From: Podarcis cretensis
Taxonomy: Eukaryota
DNA: 64,000 nt
Direction: 5' to 3'
Assembly (NCBI GenBank): GCA_951804945.1
Contig: OX638154.1
Span: forward strand, 68,262,001-68,326,000
Part shown: positions 24,712 through 37,763 of the stretch, piece after piece
Numbering within the stretch: the stretch's first letter is position 1
Layout: every line of letters starts with the position of its first letter
The notes under the pieces: generated by a model
What the model was told of the DNA's origin: nothing
Seen by the model: the letters and a program-made list of their open reading frames with translations, nothing else
Databases searched by the model: none
Program-made: the position numbers and the translations under genes

Positions 24712-26858
24712 GTAGGCTTATAGTAATTTACAATATCCCATTCAAATGTTAAAATAAAAAACCCTAGCCATTTAAATTATAAACAGTAGTCTTCCACTTC
24801 TTACTTCCAAGACAAACAGTGAATTTGAAGCATCAGGTAATATACGGAGCTTTTCCTACCACATCAGTATTTTATTTACTATAACTATGTATTCTTCCAT
24901 TCAATTACGTTGGGCGTTTGAAACATTTTGTTTGTTTGCCTACATAGTGACAGAGTTTCATATTCAGCAATGAAGGAGATACAATGTTCTGATGTTTTAA
25001 ATTGCTGAAAATACAATTTGACTTCAGCAGCAAATGTTTATTTGCAAAATGGACGAGTTGCATTTGAATGTTAAGAGACTAACTGAACCTGGCTTGACTG
25101 TAATTGGTCCTCTCTGCAGAAAATGGGTAAAACCAGGGCAAGTTAAAAAGTCTCTTACCTACCATACTGACACTGAATATCAATTCTGTAGCCATTTGTG
25201 AATGCAACATAGCCACATTCTTCCTTGGGGAGTGTCATATTTGGTGTGTTGCCTGCATTCTTGGCATTCAGTATTAAAACGCCATTTTCTTTATGAGAAT
25301 TGGGTGCTAGGATTAGGTGTCTCATGCTTTAATTTCCAAATGTGTGTGTATATGTATGAATGACTGGTTGCTATCAATAGAAAAATGTCCTGTGCTGTGC
25401 TAGTACAACCACACTAATCAAGTCAATTTGCCAGTAATGCTCATATACCTTTCAGGCTTATAAGATGCAACATGTCGCAAGATGTTGAAATATATGCTTT
25501 CTGATATTTGAACAATGAGAGAAATAGAGAAAAGGTTATGTAAGGCAGTTTTTTACTGGTTTGAATAAGCTAAGAAATAAAATGCTCTTCTATTTGCATA
25601 CGGAGGGAGAACAGTTTGGTATCTTATAAGGTGAATTGCACTCAGAGGATCTGTAAAGGATCTGTATGACTTATTAAAGTGTTTTTGTATTTTGAAATTG
25701 ATAATTGATCAGTTCAAAAGCAGTTCTGAGGCCGGTATTTTGTATGAAAAATTATTTATTTGTTTCATGGGATGAAATGTACAGAAGCAGTTAAGATGCT
25801 TGTGATCTAACACTAATTTTGGGACATGGCTGTTGTCCATATCTTGTACTACAAGCCATTGCTCACAACTAGAAAGTAAATACCATCAGAAATTCCAGTT
25901 TTCCTCAAAGCCACCCTTTACAGCACTGAGGAAGGTTGGGGATTTTTTGCCCCATGGACCCAAATAGCTGCTTGGGTTAACTTGTCTACTGTGCTACTGA
26001 AAGCTTCTTGCAAACAGGATAATTTGTGCAGCCATGCTTTCTTTAAAGCATTCCTTTCCAGCTTAACTCCTAAGAGCTGCTTTAAACATTATGGTCAGAA
26101 GCCACCAGAAAGCCCATGCAGTGTTCCCTGCTGATTGCATGCTTCACCTTTATACTTCTGTGGAGCTGGCAGTTCCAGAAGTACAGATACTACATATGAC
26201 AGGAGAGGCAAGATGTTAGCTTTACATGCTGCAGAGCCGTAGCTGCAGGGGGTTGGCTAGCCAGGTTTTTTTGCCCGGGTGAAGCCTCCATTGGGGTGCC
26301 ATTGAGGTTACCTGCCTCTGTGTGTGTATGCAAATACACATGAGGAGTGCCAAACTGGGTCTTTGACCTGGGTAAAATAAAGCCTAGTTTCGCCTCTGCA
26401 TGCTGTGTGTTGTGTTGAATGTTGACACGGGCTTTTGGGTGACCTCTACATAGACACTGTAGCATTTAAATTTACCCATAACTTATGATCAATGGAAAGA
26501 TGCCCTTTTAGAGTTCTTTCTCTTGTTTTACAATGCAACAAACATTCATTGTTGCTGTAGACAGTAACTAAGCCACCCTCAGCCTGCCAGTAATTCCGGT
26601 ATTCTCAGTATCATAATGAAAGGTGAAGCACGAGTAATAAAGGTCTAACTGAACAGTTAGCCTTACGGACTGTGGCAATAGTGGTTGCCAAATATTTAAT
26701 TGAAGCAGAGAATGCCTGTGTAGTGTGGGAACTAGTATGTAAAGGATGGTTTTACACATTAGGTATTCACACTAGATGTTATAGGCACCCTTAAGTAACA
26801 ATCTACTCCACACCCTATCAAATTAATACAGTGTGTGAAATTCAGGAAAGCTACCGTA

Positions 26859-27027
26859 CGCTGCTCTGGTTTCGCCAGAAGCGGCTTAGTCATGCTGGCC
26901 ACATGACCCAGAAAAACTGTTGCAGACAAACGTTGGCTCCCTCAGCCAGTAAAGCGAGATGAGCACCGCAACCCCAGAGTCATTTGCGACTGGACTTAAC
27001 TGTCAGGGGTCCTTTACCTTTACCTTT
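26859..27027 (+). mobile_element. Sauria SINE, 5'-truncated
   Basis: gctggccacatgaccc core and cctttacctttaccttt tail. Confidence 0.85.
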
Positions 27028-27848
27028 AATTGTTATTGTTGTAATTATATTTATAATTACCGGTATATCCTGCCTTTCCCCCCAGACCTAACCCAATCTC
27101 ATTCCCAGACATTAACCAGGAAGCAAGAGCTCGATCCACTCTGATCACATTTGAGTATTTTTAAAGGGATATATGCAAAATTTTACATGTGGCTCATAGC
27201 TGATGGACCTACGTATCCATAAATGAGCACAAAATAGGGTTGTGTCAAGGAATCACCACATAGCCTTGGCCAGACATTGTTCTCCAGGGGAAAATCTCAA
27301 CCCAGTAAGCACGTTAGGCTGTGGAGAAAGATACAAATTAAGTGTGCTGTTCTGTGCATAGGTGAATGCAGGATATCTCTGCAGCAGTAGCAAGGATTTT
27401 AAAGGCTTTCCAGATGGCAGGGACAGGGAGACTGTGCTTTTCCAGTGAATATGCTTCAGCTCAGTTCACCTGTTACCAACCCTTCACCAGCCATCTACTC
27501 CAGGTCTCCTGGGGCATGCTGGTTTTGCTGCTTGTCCAGCACATCACAGGCCATGGCACAAAATTAGTGGGTTGTGTTCAGCGTGGGAGCTTTCTAGCTG
27601 CTGCACATGGTGTACGATGGAGGAGGGCATGCTAAAGTCTGAACCTCTTGCACAGTTGAGGTAAATACCTCTGGAGAGCAATGTCTGACCAGCGGCTGCT
27701 TAGATTAGATGTACACACTGGAAGTGCACCTTTTAATGCCACATTTCAATTTGTCATTCGGCACAATATTTTCATATTTTAAAATGTTTTTGCAAGGGGG
27801 AGCCAAAGAGTCAAAGTAACATTATTGTGTGAAATTCTTATTTAATAG

Positions 27849-27893
27849 ATTGATGAGCAGTTAAACAATTCGGGAAGCGAATCGGCATCGGAG
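27849..27893 (+). CDS. NEXN: Nexilin exon 6 (micro-exon), IDEQLNNSGSESASE
   Basis: aatag|ATT...GAG|gtaatc, 45 nt, phase 0/0; resembles human IEDINNTGTESASE. Confidence 0.9.
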
Positions 27894-30059
27894 GTAATCA
27901 GACTTCTTTACCATGAAACATTCACCTATTTGTGACTCATTGTTTATTACATATCTAGTAATGGCCGGGTTAAACAAAAACACTTGGGAAAGACACGAAA
28001 GCACACTTTGCTAGCAGAGACAGTATACTATCAGACTGATCAGTGCTTTCGGCACTCGCCATGAGGTAAATGTGACCAGAATTACAATGACTTTTGCTTC
28101 GTTACACTGTGACTTTTCTTGGCTCTTTGCCATTTGCCGGTAACCGTTGATGACATGGACGCTTGCACATTATTTTACAATGCTGTTTCTTAATGTTTAT
28201 TTAATCTGCTTCTGGCCAGGGCTGAAGGGAATGGTAGCGTAATACAATTGGAAGGCACCATGTTGCTTAGCTCTATTCTTACAGTAATGTGAAGTGCATT
28301 CTGAAATGAGGTCAGTAGCCCCAAGGTAAATGTTGTGGTCTCATAAACCCTAAGGCTGCTACTATATTTACTGCTTGAATTGATGTAATGCCATTACAGA
28401 CACATTGTATGTGGCCTGTGGGCTATCTGCAGACAGTGCTATCTTGATTCCACTATGGCAGTTGCAATACACCTACACACAGTAATTACACACACAGAAT
28501 TAGGATTGCATCTACCCATTATGCTTTGAGACAACTTTCCCCCCCAAAAGTTGTGGAACAAGTTAATAGCCAAATGATTAACTAGAGTGTCTTAATTAAA
28601 GCCAGCTTAGGCTTTCAGAGCTGTTCACTTTCTAAGATTGTCTTTATGAAGTCCTTTGAATTTTTTATGTTATTTGCCTTGGCAGTATCTTTTAAAATTT
28701 AAGATCCCTCAAGAAACTGGCTACATTTTAAATGACTAATATTTAGGTAGTCCCAAATGGGAAAGGACCCTTGCTTGAAGCTAATCCGATTTGCATCTGG
28801 TCAGTACTTGAGTGTGGGATTGCTTGAGAATCCTAGTCTTAAATTCTATAATGGGAGAAAACATAAAAATTGAGTGAATAAAAATGATATTGCTGTGGTT
28901 TCTGAACTCCCCACACCCCGTGGACCACTTGAAAATTGCTGATGGACTTGGCAGGCCACTTAATGGTTTCCCTGCCTGTTGTAGCAATTTTAACAGCTGT
29001 GGTAGATGCTGTGTGATTTTTCATTGTATTTTAATTGCTATTTGTTGTATTTTAACGCTGCAATCTGAATTTTATAGATTGCAAATGGTAGTAGAATAAA
29101 ATACAAGAAACAAAGAAAATCAATATGAGTATTTTAATATCGACATGCCTTGGACCACCTCAACGAAAGCTCATGGGCCATTGATAGTCCATGAATCGCA
29201 GTTTGGGTACTCCTGTTCTAATGTATTTTCCAGAAATTAGGCTAACCAAACGTTTCCAGATATCCTACCATGATTTGATGGAGTGTAACTCCCATCTGCT
29301 GACAGTCATCAAAATAGCTGCTCCTGCATGAAAGTGAATTCTTCTGCATAGTGGATGAGGAGCATAGAATCTGACACAAGGATTACTACACTGCTGCATG
29401 GTCCCACAATTTTACCATGCCCTTTGTGTGGTACCACCAGTTCTTAACACCATGGTGTTTTTCTGTATTGTTTTGTTTTTTGGCGTGGAAAGTAGGTTTG
29501 AGGACAGAAGAGGGTGCCATCCCAGGGCTGCGTGTATGTGTGTGTGTGATCTTCTTTTCCTAGCAAGTGTTGTAATCAGAATTTTAATACTGATGTGTGG
29601 TAGATCTGTGCCTCTATTAGTAGCACTGCACTTCCCACATATTTATTTATATCACATTCACCGAAGTGGCACAAATAGGAGTGCCCTGCCTGCTAGATAT
29701 GGTCCAGATAAACATGGACCTTCTATAGTTTTATTTGAGCATATGCCCCAGGCATTTAATAACCATATCTGCTCTACTTATTCAAGAGCATCCCTTTACA
29801 CTTCACATCTACCTAGATCAGATTAGAAAAGGGTATTTACTACATTTGGAGCTAATCTCCTGTACCCTCCACCCATCTTTTAATGCTTGAAAAGTACAAG
29901 CAAAGCTCAGTTTAATAGATGTAGTTATCTTGAGATAACTCTTATCAACTTAAGGACCTGGTAAAGCAGCATATCAGTGTCAAATTAGGTGCTCAGCTTC
30001 TATCCGGACTGGGTTTTTACCTGAATGACCTGAACTTTTGAGGAAAAGATAAATGGAGT

Positions 30060-30200
30060 TACAATACGTTGGAGTCTCTCATTTGTCACGGACTTACTAG
30101 CTGGTTTAGGCAAGTCCTTCTTAGCTTCTCCATGAGCAATATAGGAATAATACTGACCTACCTTACAGGGTTGTTGTAAGGACTACAAACAGCTTCATAG
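30060..30200 (+). mobile_element. Ancient MIR/CORE-like SINE remnant
   Basis: ggcaagtc...aataatactgacctaccttacagggttgttgtaagga resembles the CORE-SINE segment. Confidence 0.5.
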
Positions 30201-30466
30201 ATATATATTATTCTGCTGAATGTTCAGAAGTGCTAAACTGATGGCACGATTCAAGTATTCACAAATGATTGACAGCAGCTGTGTGCCCAGAGCTGGAGCA
30301 GCATCTCCTCCTGATGCCATTTTGCTACCCTAAAGACAGCTGTGGCCACGGATTTTGTCCAGACATCCTCCAAGAAATTGAACATTTTGGTAGAAGCGTA
30401 ATTCTTCACAGGCAGTAGTAGTTGCACAGTCCAAATGTTCACGGTGACATTTGTTTTTAACAACAG

Positions 30467-30664
30467 GAAGGTGATGATTCATTGCTAGTGACAGTAGTTC
30501 CCGTAAAACCTAGCAAAACACCTGGGAAGATGAAAATAAGTTTTGAGGACCTAGAGAGAGAGAGAGAAGAACAAGAAAGGCGAAAGCTTGAAGAAGAAAA
30601 GCGATTGAGATATGAGCAGGAAAAGCAAGCTCTCAGGGAAGTCAAATATTTCTCACCAGATGTG
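30467..30664 (+). CDS. NEXN: Nexilin exon 7, [14 protein letters not shown]...FSPDV
   Basis: aacag|GAA...GTG|gtaagc, 198 nt, phase 0/0. Confidence 0.96.
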
Positions 30665-30858
30665 GTAAGCAAGATTGCGGGGGGAACCCCTTGCATGTTG
30701 ACCCTAAGCATGCTTCATTGGAAAAAGGCTCCAGTTATTACAGCAAAACTTGCTTCCAACTAAGTGGATTCAGGAGTGCAGGGAAATCTGGGATTTTAAG
30801 ACTGCATGCATTAAGCATCATGAGGATTTAAGTCGAAATAACAAACTTTTGTATACAG

Positions 30859-31038
30859 GATGAAGATGAAATGCTTGACAGTGAAAGAAAAGAATCACCC
30901 AGCCCTGGCAAGGTGAAACTAACATTTGAAGAATTGGAAAGACAGAGACAAGAAAATCAGAAAAGGCAAGCAGAGGAAGAGGCGAGGCAACGTCTGGAAG
31001 AGGAAAAACGTGCATTTGAGGAGGCAAGGCAGCAAATG
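30859..31038 (+). CDS. NEXN: Nexilin exon 8, [26 protein letters not shown]...ARQQM
   Basis: tacag|GAT...ATG|gtaagc, 180 nt, phase 0/0. Confidence 0.96.
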
Positions 31039-31440
31039 GTAAGCATATGGAGCAAAATATGGTCTTAGTGGAGGATGGACGGACTTGGAGACATGTATGC
31101 CTGACCATATGAAAATTCAAAGCAGGGGACACACATGCAACCCTACCTCCATGTTCTCTCACACATCATGTCCTGCAGGAATCCTTATGTTGTGCAGGGT
31201 ACTTCCACTTGCATTTGCTTGAATATTACTTGAATTACTGTGCTATTTAATTATATTTATTTTAGCTTCCATGCATGACCTTTGGTATATTTTAGTGGGA
31301 AGGGGGTGGGAATCTATATACATTATTTTAATACTAAAACTTTTTCTTGGTTATTTTTAAAAGTTCAATACCTCCCAAATTTGCTGCACCTTTCATCATC
31401 ATTATTACTATTTACATGGTTTTTTTCTCTCTCCTGAAAG

Positions 31441-31629
31441 CTAAATGAAGATTATGATGATCAGGAAAATGAAAATTCCGTCAAGGAGTTCCGTCCTGGG
31501 AAACTGATACTTACCTTTGAGGAAATAGAAAGGCAAAGGCAAGAAGAAGAAAAAAAGAGAACAGAAGAGGAAGCCAGAAGGCGCATAGAAGAAGAGAAAA
31601 AGGCATTTGCTGAAGCAAGAAAAAGCATG
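31441..31629 (+). CDS. NEXN: Nexilin exon 9, [29 protein letters not shown]...ARKSM
   Basis: gaaag|CTA...ATG|gtaggt, 189 nt, phase 0/0. Confidence 0.95.
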
Positions 31630-32827
31630 GTAGGTCATTTATTTATTCATAAAAATACTTGTATACCACTATTTCACACAAAAATACAGAGTAGCTTGCC
31701 AGTTATATCTATACAATAAAAACTATGTAATACTTTTAAACTACAGAGCATCAACAAACTATCAACAAAGTATTCCTAGTTGCTTGGATAAGCCTGGCCA
31801 CATAGAAACATTTTTAGCAAACACTTTAAGGTCAAGGGGAGGTGCCTACTAAATCTCTCTTGGAAGAGCATCACATAGGACTGGGCTGATGACACTATAT
31901 GCGCCATTTCATGTCAATGTCAACTGAGCCTCAACAACTTGCATGATGACCAGCACATCTTAGTCACTTTGGTGGCATCTCTCTCTCTCCGTACACACAA
32001 GAGGAGGAATCCAACAGCTTAGTGGTTAAGGCAAACTGTGGCAGGAAAACCAACTAGTCCCTAGGCTTCAACAAACTTGCTCTTCCATGGACTTAGACCC
32101 AGCAGTCTCCACGACAGGCGTTTCCCACCAAATTTCCCTTGCAGTGCCCATGTCTTCCCCTTTCTGTTGCAAGAGCTCCCCCACCAGATTTGCAGAGAGG
32201 CACCCAATGGTCCAAGTGTAAATCACCTCCCTCACAACTCCTATGGGTGCAAGTTATGCTCATGGGATTATAATCTGCAGAAGATCGGAAACACACTGTT
32301 CTGTTTCATTTTACTGAAATTAGCACATGTAAATACAAAGCATGTCCTTCAAGAACTTGTTTCCATTAACTGGTCCCTGTCCCATAACTCTGTTTCATGT
32401 GAGCTTGGCAAAGGGAAAGGCTAGCAGTTTAAGAAGTTTGGATAAAAATTGCAATCCTCTAATTTAGCACAGAGAAAGAGCACTTCCCATTATGGTATTG
32501 GAGCTACTAATAAGTAAATAGGGATTGCAACCATTGTGCAGAGGGTAAGGATTGCATCTGGTGAGGAAATGGAGCATGTGGTGTTTTGTTTTAAATGTGG
32601 GAACATCACGGAGCATTTGGTTTCAATTTCCTATTTGGAAGAACTGATTAGTGCCCAGATCCTGTGTCAGTGTTCTGCTGGCAGTGTTTGTAGGGTTGGT
32701 TTTATTTAGTATTTCACTTTTCACAATCCTTTAATACATTAATGTGCTTTGGTACATTAACATCTTACCTTTCCCCGTCAAGCTGTAACTTCCATATACA
32801 TAACTGCCCTGTCGACTGAAGGTATAG

Positions 32828-32867
<40 letters not shown>
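32828..32867. repeat. Compound (GT)n(GA)n microsatellite
   Basis: Read directly from the sequence. Confidence 0.9.
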
Positions 32868-33186
32868 TTATCAGTGTTCATTATGAGGAAGTTGATCACC
32901 TTAATTTCAATGGAGATTTTATCCAAGTAAGAAGTGATGTTTTATATCAAACCCTTAGTGTAGAGTTACAAATAAGCAAACATATCGCAACTATCATTAA
33001 GCATAGCTGCACCTTAGACCAAAAAAAACCTGTACATATAAATTTTATAGGTTTGGAGCAAGAGAAAAGCCTGCAAATAATGCCTAGCTGAAGCTGATTT
33101 TCTTAGTTCTTTCTTCCAATAAGGCCCTGCTGTCACCCCTGAAAAGCTTTTCCAAAGGCTTTCGCTGAATTGAGAAGGGAGGATAA

Positions 33187-33329
33187 CATGGGCGTAGCCA
33201 GGATTTTTGTTGGGGGGGGCCAGGATTTTTGTTAGGGGGCAGAACCGACATGATTGGTCAGTTAGTTAAGTATTTCTATTGTTTTACTTGATCTGGGGCA
33301 GCAACTGCCCCCCCTCGGCTATGCCCATG
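33187..33329. mobile_element. Short hAT-like MITE
   Basis: TIR catgggcgtagcc...ggctatgcccatg; TSD degenerate. Confidence 0.7.
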
Positions 33330-33543
33330 GGGGTAAAGGAGAAGGGATACTCAAAAATCATATAGAAGCATTTTATGAGAGTGCCAGAGGTTTGTTGGGG
33401 GCTCTTGAGGAGCCAAATAAAGTGAACCTCTTTCAGGGTCTCTCTAGATCCAAGTGACTTCGTGGATCTAAATTATAATATAATGGGATGCTCAACACAA
33501 ATGTAATTTTTTATCAGTGCAATGATAAAACTATTTCAAACAG

Positions 33544-33741
33544 AGTCCAGATGATGAGCTTTCGCCAATGTCTAAAACTGTATCCCAAGAATCTCTCACA
33601 CCTGGAAAACTGGAAATTAACTTTGAGGAGCTACTGAGACAAAAAATGGAAGAAGAAAAGAGGCGTACAGAAGAGGAGCGCCGACAAAAACTGGAAATGG
33701 AAAAGCAGGAATTTGAGCAGCTCAGACAAGAAATGGGAGAG
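33544..33741 (+). CDS. NEXN: Nexilin exon 10, [31 protein letters not shown]...QEMGE
   Basis: aacag|AGT...GAG|gtctgt, 198 nt, phase 0/0. Confidence 0.95.
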
Positions 33742-34048
33742 GTCTGTCAATTCTTAACATGAATTGCTGTGATTAGTGCATGCAGAATTTTCTGCTTCTT
33801 GAATTAATATGAGGGGCGAGAAAAGCATGCAGTTTAAAAGCTTGTTGTGAAAATTATAGTTAGTAGCTAACTGGACTTCAAAATAAACAGCAGGCAGGGT
33901 GTTGCGGACCCAGACAATTCAATGCCGCTGCTCAAAGCAATGTAAATTACATAATTAACAGTGCGTTATTTAAGCACTGCACATTTGGTGGTTTTTTGGG
34001 GTATTATTTGATGGTCAATAACCTTGTGGCATATTTTCCTTTAAATAG

Positions 34049-34270
34049 GAAGAGGAGGAGTGTGAAACCTTTGAGCTAAGCAGGGAATATGAGGAGCTAA
34101 TAAGGTTAAAAAGAAGTGGTTCTATTCAAGCGAAGAGCTTGAAGAAAAAGTTTGAGAAAATTGGGCAGCTCTCCGAAGAAGAAATACAGAAAAAAATTGA
34201 AGAAGAAAGAGCAAGGAGAAGAGCTATGGATCAGGAAATAAAAGAAAGGGAAGCAGAGAAATTTCAAGAG
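34049..34270 (+). CDS. NEXN: Nexilin exon 11, [29 protein letters not shown]...EKFQE
   Basis: aatag|GAA...GAG|gtaggt, 222 nt, phase 0/0. Confidence 0.96.
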
Positions 34271-34975
34271 GTAGGTCCCATTTTCAATTCAGTGGCTGTC
34301 TTGTGCTAGCTTCTGTGAGGGCTTGTGTGGCTACCACAAGACTTGAAGACTTACTGATAGCACTGTTTGTGTAAACCTGTCTCCACATGGTTACTACTTT
34401 GCATAACTGGATCCTATGGGACGGTGGGAATGTTTCAATCTAGTAACTGCAGGTAGGAAGGTCACATATGGTGACGAAATTTATACGTTGCTGCATTGTG
34501 TGATCCACCCACGGGAAACTTGCAACCACAATACAGACAAGTACTGTTATCAACCAAAGGAACAGTATTCTGAATCTGCCTCGTGATAACGTATGAGCAC
34601 CACTGGCTTGGCGGAACAGGTCTTGTGTTTTTTTAAAACCATTTTGAAAAAATGTGAAAGTGCTTTTTCAAAATAAATTCGCATAGTGTGCACAGGACAA
34701 TATATATAATAATTATCAACAATACACAGATAAAAATCAGAAAAATTTAAAAGCAAATGCTTATCTGGATAGGCTTGTTGGAAGTAAAAATGTTTTTGCA
34801 GGCATCCAAATGGGGGATTCACATCCACTTCTTGGGCTACTAGCCGATACCTATAACTAGTTGTGTAAAATTACAGCTTGATTAAATCTGTAGTATGTCA
34901 ATTTCGCAGTTTCTGTGTGGCTAAATAGAAACTATGATGATCCCCTTCGGGCATGACTCTGCTATGCCAGCAGAT

Positions 34976-35111
34976 CAGGCATAGGTAAACATAGCTCTCC
35001 AGATATTTTGGGACTGCAACTCCCATCATCCCCGACCATTGGTCCTGTTAGGTAGGGATGATGGGAGTTGTAGTCCCAAAACATCTGGAGGGCTGAGTTT
35101 GCCTATGCCTG
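34976..35111. mobile_element. Palindromic hAT MITE (136 bp)
   Basis: Near-perfect hairpin caggcataggtaaac...gtttgcctatgcctg; TSD cagcagat/cagcagtt. Confidence 0.88.
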
Positions 35112-35854
35112 CAGCAGTTATTTAACTAGTTTTTCCAGAGATCTACTCAATTTAAGAGGACAAAGAGAGTTCTCTGTGGTCAGAACGACCACATTCTGTC
35201 TAATGTCTTCTTTCCCTGCCTTTTGAAATGGATTTGGGCAAAAAGGAAGATCTAACTCCAGGAACTTATTAAATATGACGCTTATCTTCACCATGCCACA
35301 TCTAGTCTGAGTCCTACCATATGTCACAGTGCAAATGCCGTATGTCTGATTGATACTGCATAGTGACAATGATGAAAAATTTTTTTGCCCTGCATCTTGT
35401 TTTGATCATGGACTGTGCTCCTATTTTACCTCTAGCGAGGTAGAAGAAAATTCCTTTCCAGATTTCATACGTATTATCTTCACAAAATGGAAAAATCAAG
35501 TAGGTTTAAAGGCAGTAATATTTATGATCCAAGTTTCCTGCAAATCATGTAGCAAATGCCACCCTCTCAGGATTATAAAGCTTAGAATTATGTTTAATTG
35601 TGACAGCGCACTGTAATTTCTTCTTGAATCATTAAATTATAGCGATGCTACAGGATATGCTTTATGTCACTAGAAGAAACTTGTTTTGTTTTGCCTACAG
35701 CTTGACATCTTGTGGTAACAGACTCTATATATTCAGTTTATGGAGTAGTGAGCTTTCTGCCTGTTTTCCATATCCAGTAATAACAGCTCTCTCGCCCCCC
35801 CCCCCACTTTTTCCAAAAACTTGGTGCCATCTCATAATGTTTTTATTATTCCAG

Positions 35855-36040
35855 GAAGATGAAGTAGATGTAAAGCCAGCCACAAAATCTGAAGCTCCAT
35901 TTACACACAAGATAGACATGAAGGCCCGATTTGAACAAATGGCAAAGGCAAGAGAAGAGGAGGAGCAGAGAAGAATTGAAGAACAAAAAATGCTACGCAT
36001 GCAATTTGAACAGAAGGAAATTGATGCTGCATTGCAAAAG
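35855..36040 (+). CDS. NEXN: Nexilin exon 12, [29 protein letters not shown]...AALQK
   Basis: tccag|GAA...AAG|gtgatg, 186 nt, phase 0/0. Confidence 0.96.
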
Positions 36041-37293
36041 GTGATGCAGGTGGTTTTCGCATGCCCAAGCTAGTTTGAGCCATTAGCAAAGTGTCAAGTG
36101 AGATGAGGGATTTGCTCCGTGGAGTCAGGAACCCCCAAAAGTGACTGGGTTTTGTTGGGGAGGGGGAGGGAAAGTAAAACAAAGCTAAGGAAATGCCCTA
36201 ATCTTGAAGTGGTGGCAAAGTTGGTGCAATAGAAAATTCCCAGGAAGAAACTGCATCCTTTCTCTTTTGTTAGGATAAGAGAATCCTTGTTGTGACAATT
36301 CCCCTACCCCAGTCCTTTGGGGCTCATTCTCCTTTTTCCACAACCTTAAAATTCATGCTAGCCACCCCAAAGTAATTAACTCTTCCCTTGCAGCAGAACC
36401 CCTGCAGCCATAACTCCAACATTGGGGAGGCCTCATCCCCTCAAAACAGGAGACCATGCCTGCAAATATGCCCACGTCTGACAGGCAATAATATACTTTT
36501 AAGGTGCTCTGCATGAAAAGCCTTGGGTGCAACTGCTTACAATTTGGCAGCGTTCATCAATTCTGGAGGGGCTCCTATGCCTGCAAATTTTATCTACCAC
36601 TGTGAAAACGGAAAGCGTATTCTCCTTTACAGTGAATAGAAGGAAAGCAGAGGTTTTGTTCTTAAGAGAAAAAAATTTGCTTCCCAATACGTCAATTAGA
36701 AAGGGTGCTTCGATAAGGCTGCAGCCTGTTGATACATCCACAAGTTTAATCTTGGAGTCAATGCACATCCCTAAAAAGATGAGCTCTTAAAAATTGAAAG
36801 CCTATCCACATGCTGGTTCGTTAGAGTAAGAGATGATCTATTAGCTCTAGGTGCATGCAGTGGAACCAAGGCTTGTTTTTTTTGGCAAGCGGGCAAGGAT
36901 TACTATTGCATTGTTCTACAAGGCCTAGAAAACACAAAACATTAAAGGCTAAAAAGATCCCACTGACTTGTTTTTGAGACTTAGGCCTGCTTCCCTTTGC
37001 AGAACTCCATTCTTGCATTGTTTCAGTTGCCACACTTGTGTGGTTAGACTAGTGTGAGGATAGATCTTGAGAATTAGCTGTACCTATAATAAAAAAAATA
37101 GAAGGGACCCAGAGGATATTTGTCCAAACCTCTGCAATGGAGGAATACGTAGGGATCAAACCTGCAATCTTGACTGTTATCGGCGCCACACACTAACCAA
37201 CTGAGCTATTCAAGCTGACCATACTGGTACTGTTCAATGTGATGTATAATGTGTTTCAGCATTTGTTGTTGCAATTTATATTTCAAAATGCAG

Positions 37294-37665
37294 AAAAAGG
37301 AAGAGGAGGAGGAAGAGGATGGCAGCATTGTTAACGGCTCAGTCTACGAGGATGAAGAACAGCAAGCACGATCTGGTGCTCCATGGTTCAAAAAGCCTCT
37401 TAAAAATGTGTCTGTTGTGGATAGCGAACCAGTAAGGTTTACTGTTAAAATAACTGGAGAACCCAAGCCAGAGGTTACATGGTGGTTTGAAGGCGAAATG
37501 TTGCAGGACTGCGAGGACTATCAATATATTGAGAGAGGAGAAACCTACTGCCTTTACTTACCAGAAACTTTCCCGGAAGATGAAGGAGAATATATGTGTA
37601 AAGCAGTAAACAGCAGAGGAACAGCAGCTAGCACCTGTATTCTCACTATTGAGAGTAAGAGTTAG
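37294..37665 (+). CDS. NEXN: Nexilin exon 13, C-terminal Ig-like (I-set) domain, ends ...CILTIESKS*
   Basis: tgcag|AAA; APWFKKPL...[10 protein letters not shown]...[11 protein letters not shown] Ig signature; total CDS 677 aa. Confidence 0.97.
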   Translation, partial: KKEEEEEEDGSIVNGSVYEDEEQQARSGAPWFKKPLKNVSVVDSEPVRFTVKITGEPKPEVTWWFEGEMLQDCEDYQYIERGETYCLYLPETFPEDEGEYMCKAVNSRGTAASTCILTIESKS

Positions 37666-37749
37666 CGTTTTTTAAAAGTTCTCAGATCTTTAGTTCTTGT
37701 TCATGTCTGTTGACCTTTTCTTAACTTTCTTTTCTTTTCTCTTCTCTAG

Positions 37750-37763
37750 CTGATGACTATTAA
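37750..37763 (+). CDS. NEXN: Nexilin alternative terminal exon, ...TIE-TDDY*
   Basis: Donor GAGA|gtaaga at 37654/37655, 95-nt intron, strong acceptor ctctag|CT GAT GAC TAT TAA. Confidence 0.85.

Noticed and set aside
33547-33551. Alternative acceptor ccag|ATG in NEXN exon 10
   Set aside because: It is 7 nt downstream of the in-frame acceptor and would frameshift; no support.
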